NCBI GenBank assembly: GCA_037130495.1
Contig: JBAXSX010000003.1
Location: 13,793-77,792, forward strand
DNA from: Candidatus Roizmanbacteria bacterium
GTDB lineage: Bacteria; Patescibacteriota; Microgenomatia; UBA1406; GWC2-37-13
Length of the DNA stretch: 64,000 nucleotides
Direction: 5' to 3'
How positions within the stretch are numbered: position 1 is the stretch's first letter; every line of letters starts with the position of its first letter. The position numbers and the translations under genes are program-made. The notes under the pieces were generated by a model. That model was not told where the DNA came from and did not search any database. It saw only the letters and a program-made list of their open reading frames with translations. This document shows, in pieces, positions 9,203 to 18,388 of this stretch.

Positions 9203-10879
9203 TTATTCCTTTACAGCTCGAAGGAGCTCTTCTACTGTTGTGAGTCCCTCAAGGACTTTTGAGATACCATCTTCAAACATTGTAGTCATCCCTTCTTTTA
9301 TCGCTTGTTTTGCAATGATACTGCTATCTGCCCTTTGGGCTATGAGGTCCTGGATAGCTGGGCTCATGATCAACACTTCAAAAACGCCAACACGACCTAC
9401 GTATCCTGTGTTACGACAGACTTTACATCCTTTGCCCTTGTATACACGTAATTCATTCTTGTCTTGTGTCAACTTCTCAACGAGATTTGGAGCAAAGTTG
9501 GCTGACATCTCCTCCTTTGTCATCGTTGAACTGACGCGACACTTTTCGCATATCTTTCGCGCTAGACGTTGAGCAACAATGATATTAATGGTGGAAGCAA
9601 CCAAAAAAGGCTCAACCTTCAGATCCATGAGACGCGGCAATGTGGTTGCAGCGTCATTAGTGTGCAGTGTAGACAAGACGAGATGTCCAGTCATGGCAGC
9701 ATTTATACCAATATTCGCTGTCTCGATATCTCTAATTTCACCGACAAAGATGATATTTGGGTCTTGACGGAGTATAGAGCGCAGACCAGTAGCAAATGTG
9801 AGGTTGGTTTTATCGTTGACTTGGATTTGATTGATTCCCTCTATTTCGTACTCGACTGGATCCTCAATTGTCGATATATTCCGATCTCTCGTATTGAGTA
9901 TCTTCAATATCGAATACATAGAGGTGGTCTTGCCTGATCCAGTTGGTCCTGTGGAGAGGATCATGCCATACGGTTTTTTGAAGGCCTGCTTGACTTTTTC
10001 GAGATCTTTGTCTGACATACCTAGGTCAGAGAGACCGAACTGTCTTGACTTCGAGGAGAGCAATCGAAGCACGGCCTTTTCACCTTTAATGATCGGTATG
10101 ATCGATACACGTACATCCATCGCTTCCTCGGGGAGAACGATTTGTATTTTGCCATCAAGCGCGCTCAAATGAGCATCGGTCGGCAATCTTGCCAAGACTT
10201 TAATACGAGTAATCATCTGCTCGTGGAGGATCTTGGGACCTCTCATCACATCATGGAGCACGCCGTCGACACGAAATCTTACGAGTACTTCATTGTTTTT
10301 TGGCTCGATGTGAATATCTGATGCTTTTTCTGAGTATGCATATTCAATTAACAAATTAACGGCTTCCTTGACGGGAAGTTCAGCGATTGAAAGAGCCTTG
10401 CCACCACCAAATCGTTCTCGAAGAAGTCTATCAAAAGAGGTTTGGAGCTCGTCTTTGTATATACTCAAACAATTCGATATATCTCTTTCGGTTGCAAAAT
10501 ACACATGGATATCTTTACCTACCTTTTTAGAAATATTGGAGATCAGAGTAGTATTTTCGGGACGAGATGTGGCTACCTTGAGAGCATTTGGATCGTCCTC
10601 AAAAGCTATGATGCAGTTAGCAGTAGCTACCTCTTTAGGAATGATGAGAACAACGTCTCGATTGATAGCTGTACGAGAAAGATCAATAAATGGTTTTTTT
10701 AGGTATTCGGCCATGAGTTTGCCGAGGTTTTGATCAGACACGAGATCTAGATCGATGAGGGATTGATAGAGGAGAATTCCTTTTTCTTTACAGTTAAGCA
10801 CCGCTTTGCGGATATCTTCCTCGCCCAAATAACTGTTTTCTTGGATCAGTTTGAGTAGTTGTGCACTATCTATAACCAT
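9203..10879 (-). CDS. pilB: Type IV pilus assembly ATPase PilB (GspE family)
   Basis: Walker A GPTGSGKTT, Walker B/Asp box ILRQDPNIIFVGEIRD, His box GHLVLSTLHTN, and a C-terminal tetracysteine motif CEKC...CKVC. Confidence 0.93.
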   Translation of the reverse strand: MVIDSAQLLKLIQENSYLGEEDIRKAVLNCKEKGILLYQSLIDLDLVSDQNLGKLMAEYLKKPFIDLSRTAINRDVVLIIPKEVATANCIIAFEDDPNALKVATSRPENTTLISNISKKVGKDIHVYFATERDISNCLSIYKDELQTSFDRLLRERFGGGKALSIAELPVKEAVNLLIEYAYSEKASDIHIEPKNNEVLVRFRVDGVLHDVMRGPKILHEQMITRIKVLARLPTDAHLSALDGKIQIVLPEEAMDVRVSIIPIIKGEKAVLRLLSSKSRQFGLSDLGMSDKDLEKVKQAFKKPYGMILSTGPTGSGKTTSMYSILKILNTRDRNISTIEDPVEYEIEGINQIQVNDKTNLTFATGLRSILRQDPNIIFVGEIRDIETANIGINAAMTGHLVLSTLHTNDAATTLPRLMDLKVEPFLVASTINIIVAQRLARKICEKCRVSSTMTKEEMSANFAPNLVEKLTQDKNELRVYKGKGCKVCRNTGYVGRVGVFEVLIMSPAIQDLIAQRADSSIIAKQAIKEGMTTMFEDGISKVLEGLTTVEELLRAVKE

Positions 10880-10924
10880 AGATTAAGTGTAACACTTATC
10901 AGAGATAATACTGTATCAAACTAT

Positions 10925-11296
10925 CTATTTCCCTATATGCAGATTGATCTTTTCGACGATTTGATCGAGCGAGAAATCACTTTTGATGATAAAGTCCTTT
11001 GCTCCTAGGGCAAGTGCTTTCTGCATATCCTCTCGTTGTCCCAAGTTTGATGCGATGATAACGGGTAGCGTATTGTATTTTGGGTCCTTTTTCAATTCTT
11101 CAAGCACAGAAAATCCATCTCTCTTAGGCATCACCAGGTCAAGGAGTACCAAATCAGGGCTGTATGTCTCGACAGACTTTAAAATCTCATCGCCATCTTT
11201 GACAATCAGTACATCAAAGCCAGCCTTTACCATCTTTGCTCGATAGGCATTTGCTAGAAACTTATCATCCTCGGCAATAAGAATTTTTTTCATCAT
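10925..11296 (-). CDS. Single-domain response regulator (CheY-like receiver)
   Basis: ILIAEDD, phospho-acceptor in LVLLDLVMP, IIASN, and Lys in KDFIIKS; no output domain. ATG at 11296 (11320 is TTG). Confidence 0.85.
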   Translation of the reverse strand: MMKKILIAEDDKFLANAYRAKMVKAGFDVLIVKDGDEILKSVETYSPDLVLLDLVMPKRDGFSVLEELKKDPKYNTLPVIIASNLGQREDMQKALALGAKDFIIKSDFSLDQIVEKINLHIGK

Positions 11297-11321
11297 AAAA
11301 ATATGATTAATTAAATACAAC

Positions 11322-11714
11322 TTACTGATAACTGGTTGATAGTTCTTTGATTGTATTAATGATCTCGTCCAGCCTGAATTCTGCCTTTACTATATACTTC
11401 TTAACACCCAGGGCAAGCATATGCTGCACTTTGTCTTCACCTGCCGAATTTGATACAACTATAACAGGTATAGAGGAGAGTCTGTCGTTGGTCTTGATAA
11501 AGGATATGACATCGAGTCCCGTCATGTCTCCTAAGTTGTAATCTAACCAGATTGCGCTCGGAAGACTAACCGAGTCACGGAGGTGATCTATAGCACTGGC
11601 ACCACTTTCACAGGAGACGACTCCGATCTCCATAAGTTCTAATTTTTTGGTTATTGCTTTTCTAAGCAGTGCGTCATCCTCAACGACCATGATAGATAAG
11701 CTTTTGGGTGACAT
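11322..11714 (-). CDS. Single-domain response regulator (CheY-like receiver)
   Basis: IMVVEDD, acceptor Asp in IWLDYNLGDMTG, VVSNS, KKYIVKA; no output domain. Confidence 0.85.
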   Translation of the reverse strand: MSPKSLSIMVVEDDALLRKAITKKLELMEIGVVSCESGASAIDHLRDSVSLPSAIWLDYNLGDMTGLDVISFIKTNDRLSSIPVIVVSNSAGEDKVQHMLALGVKKYIVKAEFRLDEIINTIKELSTSYQ

Positions 11715-11731
11715 GTTTCAATACTAGCATA

Positions 11732-14700
11732 TCAACTATTTAATGTCACTTCGCCTTTCTTTGCTACGGCATGATTGAGAGGCAGAGAGAAGAAAAAGCT
11801 TGATCCATGGCCCTCCTCTGAAGTGAACCATATTTTGCCACCAGTGGAGTTGATGATCGTTTTCACCAGATAGAGTCCGAGCCCTGTCCCGTCTGCCTCA
11901 ACTTGAGCAATATTTTCTGCTCTATAGAACTTTTCAAAAATTCTCGATTGATCCTTAACGGGTATGCCATAACCCGTGTCAGAAACTTGTACTACAACTT
12001 CCTCATCTTTTCTCGATATAAAAATCGAAATTTCACTATTTTTGGGCGAATACTTGATGGCATTTGTGAGAAGGTTAAGAAAAACCTGTTGGATCAGTTT
12101 GGGGTCAGTATCAACTAGTGGCAGATTTTCATTTACGTTAATAATCAACTGCTGTTCTTTTTCGTTTATTTTAGGTCTAAGGTCGGCTATCAATTGATCG
12201 AGTATCACTTTCAAATCAGTTGGTTTCGGATCAATGGTCAATCTGCCTGATTCGATACGAGATATATTCAAGAGTGAATTTACCAAGTCAGTCATCCGCC
12301 TGTTTGAATCAGAAATATTTTGCATATAATCTTTTTGTTCGGGGTTCAATTGACCTGCATCACCGTTGATCAGCATTTCACAAAACCATCTTATTGCAGA
12401 TAGAGGTGTTCTTAGTTGGTGCGAAGCAAGCGAAACGAATTCAGTTTTCATGCGATCAATATCCTTTTCTTTGGTGACGTCTCGCGCCAATATTGATGCT
12501 CCTATGATGTGACCAGACACGTCTTTGATAGGCGACAAGGTGATTGAGACCTCAACCAGAGCTCCATCTTTACGCCTACGAGTTGTAGAATAGTTGGGGA
12601 TCCTTTCTCCTTTTGCTATCTGTTCCAACAATTGAGAGATATCATCACGATCAGGCGCAGCCAGAATCTTTGCTGACTTTCCAATGATTTCAGCAGTGGA
12701 ATATCCATACAGTTTTTCAGCTCCCTGGTTCCAGCTCGTTATTGTGCCGTCGAGCTTCTCGGCGATTACCGCTTCATCTGTATTTTTAATGATTGATGCC
12801 TGCAACTCGTTTTCATTTTTTTCTGCCTGAATATCTTCGAGTAAATTGAGCATGGCTCTTTTTCTTTTTTCATCATCAAGGACTTTGTCATTGAGGATTC
12901 TTTCATTATTTTGCAAGATTGAGTTCTTGAGGGTGAGCTCTTTTTGTGAGGAATTCAGTTCATTGGTTATTCTTTCTGCAAGGGCCCTTGCTCTATTGTT
13001 GATAGTGCTCAGTTGCCAAAATATCAACCACACAGCAATGAATAGGAGTGATCCGACAATGAGAATGATGTATGGAGTGATTTGCTCAAAATCACTACCA
13101 ATGAAATCTTTTGTTCCGAAAAAATGGAAGCCCCATATGCGATTTACAACATCTATCTTACGCGAGTTCTTCACGGGAAAAGTATCATCAAATATTGCAT
13201 GAGCACGAGGGTCTCCATCATATAAGAGATGTGACTGGTCTATCTGATCGTCGTCATACACTTCCAAATCAACACCCTTTTCAGTATCTGATGCGCTTAG
13301 TGCATTCCTAAAAAATACATCTGCTCTAAATCCGGCATATACATATCCAATCAAATCATTTCTTCTGTCAACTTGTGTAATAGGTGTAAATCCATTTTTG
13401 TATACAGGAACGAGGAGTACGAATCCTGGTGTATTCTCATCATCCTGAACAAGGTTGATGATACCTGTTATCGATGGCTTTCCTGAATCACGAGCTGCAT
13501 TTAGGGCCGCAATACGTGTCGGTTCACTATTCAGATCATAACCAAGAGCCAACTCATTGGAAAGAAATGGCTCAATATATGTAACTGGAAAATATTCAGA
13601 TCTTTCTCCGTTTGGGTAAATGTGAAAATGTTTATATCCAGTGTTGCTTACAGTTTTTTCACTTTGTATTTGAAGTTGAAACTTTTCCTTATCTTTGTTT
13701 TGGACGCGAGATATGTATCCTATGACGCGTACTCCTTTTTCTCTTCTGATCACTTCTGATCCCGAAATATACTCCGACCATGCCCCTCCGTTGACGGGTA
13801 GTTTCGAATAGAGATGAGCCCGCGTGCCAATCAAAAATTCGATCGAACGATTGAGATTTAGGGTCACCTGGTCTTGCACCGTTTGCGCGCGCACCTCGAG
13901 ACGATCTCTTAGTTTTTGGTCAGTATTCTCCTTGGAAGAAGCAAACAGGATGAATACGGAACATAGCCCAACTATCGCAAATAAAGACCCAATCATCATG
14001 AGATTGAAATCAATCTTTAATCGATAGCACAGATACAGGAGGAGGGTGAATGCGCAGATTGAGACAAGGGGAAAAGCGATCATGCTCCTGTCGATTTTAT
14101 TCTTCGCTTCTTGTGCTATTTTAACCTGATCAGTTACGCTTTTGTCCGTAAATACGTTAGTATATTTGTTCCACGGCTCAATATATTTACCGGTATTACC
14201 ATCTACAAAGTTCACTTGTCCAGAATCCTCATACTTAATGAGCCAGCCAGAATAGGGTTCTATCCAAAGGCTGACATGAGCATTGGTAAGTATTTTGCGT
14301 AAGTCTGGGACCCCGGGGAGATAACTCAGTTCCTTGCTTTGATCTGCACTTACATTGCCATCAAATCTGAAAACCCTCATCCCTTCAATAGTTTCCTCCT
14401 TTGTAAAAATCATCAGGATTGGCGTATCGTAGTTGACATGCCAGTAGATGAAGTCTTCTTTTGAATTAGAGGGTGGCCCGACGAGATATCCATGCCTATC
14501 GTGATCGCCATATCCGATGACATGATCTTTGTTGTATGCACTTATGCCGTAGAGTCTTTGCGCAGTGAAGATCCTTTGACCGTCTAATGTCCTGACATTA
14601 AAATCGGATTTGATTGTGAGAACATTATTTTCTTCTTTTACAATATATGATGAAAATTTACTCGCCGATTCAATCGCTGGTGAGAACGATTTCATCTGAT

Positions 14701-15514
14701 TGTCGTAGAGATTGTCATGAGAAATGAGATTCGCGTCGTATGAGAAAGTGCTGGTGAGTTTTAAGAGAAAATATGGAGCAAAAATGGCCCACAATATGCC
14801 CATGCCTATGAGGATCAAAAATCCAATAAAAAAATTACGCTTCAGAGAACCTCTAAAAATCAAAAAAGAATAAAATATGATCAAACAGGCTAGTGTGATA
14901 AGGAGGGGCATTCTCTTGGCTGCGTTGATATTTTGCAAGACGAGTGCATAATCAATATCTACACCAATAACACTTGCAACTTTTGATTTTTGGAAATCCT
15001 GAATTGGCACGACAACAGTCGCGTATGTGTTTTGTTGATCTGTGAATGGACCAACAAAGGACGTTGTGCCGACACCCCAAGCTTTTTTGATGGCCGCGTC
15101 GACTTCTTGATTCGGACTTCTATACACTTCTCCCGGCTCTCGATGATCAGCATCGGTCGATGAATCGATAGAATAGACAATATCTGCACCGCGCTTATTT
15201 GTAGAATATATCAATTTAACCCCAGCCTTTTTATCAACTTTTCCCATCTTGATGAGTTCGGACCGTATACTTTGGTAATCTATATCCTTTTGGGGGTTGG
15301 CAGGCAAATTTTCTAAAACTGATAGCTTTTGGCGATCGAGAGAGAGGGATATGGTTTCAGCAACAGCAGTCATGTGTATCCGCATCCGCTGAGCTTCTTT
15401 TTCCCCATATCTATTTGCTATGAGGAAACCAGCGATGCAAATGGAGATAGTTGCAAGAAATATCTTGAAGTAATCCGGAAATCGTGGTGATGAAATGAAC
15501 TTTGTATTAATCAT
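11732..15514 (-). CDS. Multi-sensor histidine kinase (Cache-like + unknown extracytoplasmic module + CHASE + PAS + HisKA + HATPase_c)
   Basis: CHASE-like stretch YFPVTYIEPFLSNELALGYDLNSEPTRIAALNAARDSGKPSITGIINLVQDDENTPGFVLLVPVY; H-box SHQLRTPLSAI; N-box LLTNAIKYSP; G-boxes DTGYGI and GTGLGL. Several TM blocks separate three non-cytoplasmic regions. Confidence 0.9.
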   Translation of the reverse strand: MINTKFISSPRFPDYFKIFLATISICIAGFLIANRYGEKEAQRMRIHMTAVAETISLSLDRQKLSVLENLPANPQKDIDYQSIRSELIKMGKVDKKAGVKLIYSTNKRGADIVYSIDSSTDADHREPGEVYRSPNQEVDAAIKKAWGVGTTSFVGPFTDQQNTYATVVVPIQDFQKSKVASVIGVDIDYALVLQNINAAKRMPLLITLACLIIFYSFLIFRGSLKRNFFIGFLILIGMGILWAIFAPYFLLKLTSTFSYDANLISHDNLYDNQMKSFSPAIESASKFSSYIVKEENNVLTIKSDFNVRTLDGQRIFTAQRLYGISAYNKDHVIGYGDHDRHGYLVGPPSNSKEDFIYWHVNYDTPILMIFTKEETIEGMRVFRFDGNVSADQSKELSYLPGVPDLRKILTNAHVSLWIEPYSGWLIKYEDSGQVNFVDGNTGKYIEPWNKYTNVFTDKSVTDQVKIAQEAKNKIDRSMIAFPLVSICAFTLLLYLCYRLKIDFNLMMIGSLFAIVGLCSVFILFASSKENTDQKLRDRLEVRAQTVQDQVTLNLNRSIEFLIGTRAHLYSKLPVNGGAWSEYISGSEVIRREKGVRVIGYISRVQNKDKEKFQLQIQSEKTVSNTGYKHFHIYPNGERSEYFPVTYIEPFLSNELALGYDLNSEPTRIAALNAARDSGKPSITGIINLVQDDENTPGFVLLVPVYKNGFTPITQVDRRNDLIGYVYAGFRADVFFRNALSASDTEKGVDLEVYDDDQIDQSHLLYDGDPRAHAIFDDTFPVKNSRKIDVVNRIWGFHFFGTKDFIGSDFEQITPYIILIVGSLLFIAVWLIFWQLSTINNRARALAERITNELNSSQKELTLKNSILQNNERILNDKVLDDEKRKRAMLNLLEDIQAEKNENELQASIIKNTDEAVIAEKLDGTITSWNQGAEKLYGYSTAEIIGKSAKILAAPDRDDISQLLEQIAKGERIPNYSTTRRRKDGALVEVSITLSPIKDVSGHIIGASILARDVTKEKDIDRMKTEFVSLASHQLRTPLSAIRWFCEMLINGDAGQLNPEQKDYMQNISDSNRRMTDLVNSLLNISRIESGRLTIDPKPTDLKVILDQLIADLRPKINEKEQQLIINVNENLPLVDTDPKLIQQVFLNLLTNAIKYSPKNSEISIFISRKDEEVVVQVSDTGYGIPVKDQSRIFEKFYRAENIAQVEADGTGLGLYLVKTIINSTGGKIWFTSEEGHGSSFFFSLPLNHAVAKKGEVTLNS

Positions 15515-15589
15515 GATTAAGTCATGTTACTAGATGGAAATACTCCACAAAACTGAGTGAGAGATGAATTTCTGCGAGAGTATATTGCA

Positions 15590-16549
15590 TCACGCAATTT
15601 TTGATTCGAGAATTTTAATTCTGTCTTTCAGCTCAACCATCTTTAACTCCCGATCATTCATGGCATTGTTTAGGTTGACGAGGTCATCCTCTTTTTGCTT
15701 CGTCATGGTAACATCTCTGCCTATGGCATAGAGAGTGGTGCCTCGCGGGGTCACATTCCATTGCAGAGTGATGTAGTCCCCATCCACCTTGCGAAACCGA
15801 TTGACAAAGTTAAGGGTCTTGATACCCGTTGCAAGTTTTTTTATCTCTTCGTTGGTAGCTGAAACATCATCGGGATGAACGAAATTGACAAGTGGTTTTT
15901 TGGTCAGGATTTCAGAAGAGTATCCGAGCACTTGTATGAAAGAAGGGTTAATGCGGGTGAAATATCCTTCAGTGTTTGCAATACACATGAGGTCGTCAGA
16001 TGTCTCAAAAAAAGTCTCTACTTCTTCTATTGATTCCTTGACTTGGTCAAGGGCGACAGAAAGGTTGTGAGAGTTTACCTCAAGCTCGGCCCATTTCGCG
16101 AGAGCTTTTAAGGTTTGTTTTTCATCATCGGTCATTTCGCGGGGTTCGTGTCCCTTGATACAAAAAGTTCCCACACGTTGGCCATCGGCCGAAAAGACAG
16201 GCACTCCAGCATAAAAGCGGATAAATGGCTCTCCAATGACCATAGGGTTGTCACTAAAACGAGGGTCCTTTTTGGCGTCGGGAATGATCAACATTTGCTC
16301 TTCAAGCAGAGCATGTCCACAAAAGGATATTGCTCGGTCTCCCTCAGTTTGACTCAGTCCACAAACAGACTTGAACCATTCGCGATTGGAGTCTATGAGC
16401 GATAGGGTCGAGATGGGGACACTAAAGACCTTGGTTGCAAGTTTGGTAATACGGTCAAAGCGTTCTTCAGGAGGAGTATCCAATATTTGAAGTTTTTTGA
16501 GTGACTTAATACGTTCCAACTCGTTGATTGGTATTGGTGCTGATTGCAT
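15590..16549 (-). CDS. GAF-PAS sensor protein without output domain
   Basis: N-terminal GAF-type pattern (NELERIKSLKKLQILDTPPEERFDRITKLATKVFSVPISTLSLID...), then a PAS-like region and a C-terminal coiled coil. ATG at 16549 (16558 is TTG). Confidence 0.75.
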   Translation of the reverse strand: MQSAPIPINELERIKSLKKLQILDTPPEERFDRITKLATKVFSVPISTLSLIDSNREWFKSVCGLSQTEGDRAISFCGHALLEEQMLIIPDAKKDPRFSDNPMVIGEPFIRFYAGVPVFSADGQRVGTFCIKGHEPREMTDDEKQTLKALAKWAELEVNSHNLSVALDQVKESIEEVETFFETSDDLMCIANTEGYFTRINPSFIQVLGYSSEILTKKPLVNFVHPDDVSATNEEIKKLATGIKTLNFVNRFRKVDGDYITLQWNVTPRGTTLYAIGRDVTMTKQKEDDLVNLNNAMNDRELKMVELKDRIKILESKIA

Positions 16550-16685
16550 ATATATCAAATAGTATCATAAATAGATATTGGGGACTGATAGAAAGAGTCC
16601 TTGGAGGAAACTCATAGTGAGTTGGAGAGAAAAGATGTCATTTCGAATGAAATATGACTCAGCAGTCAAAACATCGGAGGGCGAA

Positions 16686-17198
16686 TCAACTTTGGCTGTG
16701 TTTATTTTCTAATTCATTAATTTGTTTTTTCAGAGCTACCATTTTAATCTCACGGTCAATGAGAAATTCATTCATTTTTTGTAACTCTGCAATCTTTTTG
16801 TCAAGTTCCAACGCACTTCTTTTACGTTCAGAAATATCTCGAATAATCGCGGTAAAAAAAGGCCGACCGGTTTCATCTTGCCATGCCGACAGTGACATCT
16901 CCATAGGAAAGGAATTGCCTTGAAGATGAACTCCTTCCAACTCAGTTACCTTACCTATCACTTTGGGCACGTGGGTATCATGATATCTTTGCATGCCATG
17001 CAAATGACCGATCCGGTATTTCTCGGGCATGAGAATCGTGAGAGGCTTCCCTTTAGATTGTTGACGAGTCAGGCCAAACATTTTTTCTGCTGCAGGATTC
17101 AGATATACAATCTCTCCTTGTTCGTTGGCAGAGACGATAGCATCTATCGAGTTCTCAAGCACAATTTGGGCCTGTTTAATGTCAAATTGGTTATCCAT
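16686..17198 (-). CDS. PAS-domain sensor protein without output domain
   Basis: PAS pattern (IVSANEQGEIVYLNPAAEKMFG ... FTAIIRDISERKR) plus a C-terminal coiled coil, DREIKMVALKKQINELE. Confidence 0.75.
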   Translation of the reverse strand: MDNQFDIKQAQIVLENSIDAIVSANEQGEIVYLNPAAEKMFGLTRQQSKGKPLTILMPEKYRIGHLHGMQRYHDTHVPKVIGKVTELEGVHLQGNSFPMEMSLSAWQDETGRPFFTAIIRDISERKRSALELDKKIAELQKMNEFLIDREIKMVALKKQINELENKHSQS

Positions 17199-17385
17199 AG
17201 TGGTGATTAATGATAATGAGTACCAAAGTTCTCGCTCGAGCCTTTTTCAGCTATGTTGAAAGTGGGATCAGTATACCTTATCCTGATCTTTGCCGAAGGA
17301 TCCATCGATACAGAGGGCTGCATGTGAGATTCGATTGTCAGATATGGCATCAAGCTTCGCATGACTTTTTTAGTATAATTCGCTA

Positions 17386-18168
17386 ATGAATATTGTCAAA
17401 AGAGGGAAGTGGAGATTGGCTTTTCGAGTACTTCCCATAGTCGCTGTCATTATTTTCGCTAAATTGATCTCTCATCAATTTGGATGGGAGTTTTTGACGC
17501 TCAACTCTCTGTTTGGTGCGATCATATCTGCGAATGTTTTCCTCGTTGGATTTCTGATATCGGGGGTACTTTCGGATTATAAAGAGGCTGAAAGACTCCC
17601 TGGCGAGTTGGCGTGCAGCTTAGAAGTTATATCTGATGAGTGCTATATCACCTACAAGAATAAAAAAAGCAAAGTATCAGAGGAACTATTGCATAGTGTG
17701 CACGATATCATCAACTCCATTCTCAAATGGCTTCACAAAAATGAAAGGACAAATATTGTCCTGAGTCAGATTACAAGTCTAAACGATCATTTTCTCGCGC
17801 TTGAGTCGGTGACGCAGGCAAACTTTATCGTAAGACTCAAAAATGAACAAAACAATATGAGGAGACTTATCACCAGAATCCATAGCATCCGTGAGACGTC
17901 ATTTAACCCTTCGGGGTATGCTATCGCAGAGATCATCTCTACGATCATGTGCATTGGACTCATATTCACCAAGATAGATCCCTATTATGAAAGCATATTT
18001 TTTGTCAGCTTTGTTTCGTTTATCCTTATATATATGGTTATGTTGATTCGAGACTTGGATAATCCATTTGGATACTATGAAGCCGCGAACTATGCAGACG
18101 AGGTTTCACTCAAGCCACTACTCGATCTAGAAAAGAGAACGGCACATGACCTCCATCATGTCGAGTAG
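17386..18168 (+). CDS. Integral membrane protein of unknown function (possibly bestrophin/DUF4239-like topology)
   Basis: Two N-terminal and two C-terminal TM helices flank a helical soluble region. The family assignment is only a guess. Confidence 0.55.
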   Translation: MNIVKRGKWRLAFRVLPIVAVIIFAKLISHQFGWEFLTLNSLFGAIISANVFLVGFLISGVLSDYKEAERLPGELACSLEVISDECYITYKNKKSKVSEELLHSVHDIINSILKWLHKNERTNIVLSQITSLNDHFLALESVTQANFIVRLKNEQNNMRRLITRIHSIRETSFNPSGYAIAEIISTIMCIGLIFTKIDPYYESIFFVSFVSFILIYMVMLIRDLDNPFGYYEAANYADEVSLKPLLDLEKRTAHDLHHVE

Positions 18169-18228
18169 GCGATATTCTGCTTAATAGACAGATGCGAAAG
18201 ATGTGCCTGTATTGATATCTCAAACACA

Positions 18229-18256
18229 GAGCGGCAGGCGCGTCCGCCTGCCGCTC
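18229..18256. terminator. GC-rich 12-bp-stem hairpin between convergent genes (possible bidirectional terminator or repeat module)
   Basis: gagcggcaggcg-cgtc-cgcctgccgctc is a perfect 12-bp stem. It lies between the 17386..18168 stop and the trpB stop; the flanking T-runs are weak. Confidence 0.3.
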
Positions 18257-18366
18257 TGACACATATTTCGCCACAGAGAACATCCGGGTCATCCCTCCGG
18301 GCGTAGCCTGAGTTTATCCTGAGCGTAGTCGGAGGAGGCGGAGCCTGAGTGTAGCGAAGGATCTCC
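18229..18366. repeat. Cluster of GC-rich palindromic intergenic modules
   Basis: Contains gtcatccctccgggc, cctgagtttatcctgagcgtagtcgg and gagtgtagcgaaggatctc, the same module vocabulary seen at 31.7, 37.6, 40.0 and 53.1 kb. Confidence 0.7.
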
Positions 18367-18388
18367 CACATGTCTCACGTGCATATGT

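Noticed and set aside
10884-10898. The palindrome TAAGTGT-A-ACACTTA between the second receiver gene and pilB, as a possible operator.
   Set aside because: It is a single 7-bp-arm palindrome in an AT-rich 45-nt spacer, and both response regulators lack DNA-binding domains. It is noted but too weak to call.
18156-18371. ORFs 18110..18292 and 18156..18371, and likewise 37672..37956, 39921..40130, 39927..40118, 53019..53216 and 34051..34263.
   Set aside because: All lie entirely within GC-rich palindromic module clusters. They have Arg/Pro/Gly/Ser-rich translations typical of repeat read-through and exist on both strands.
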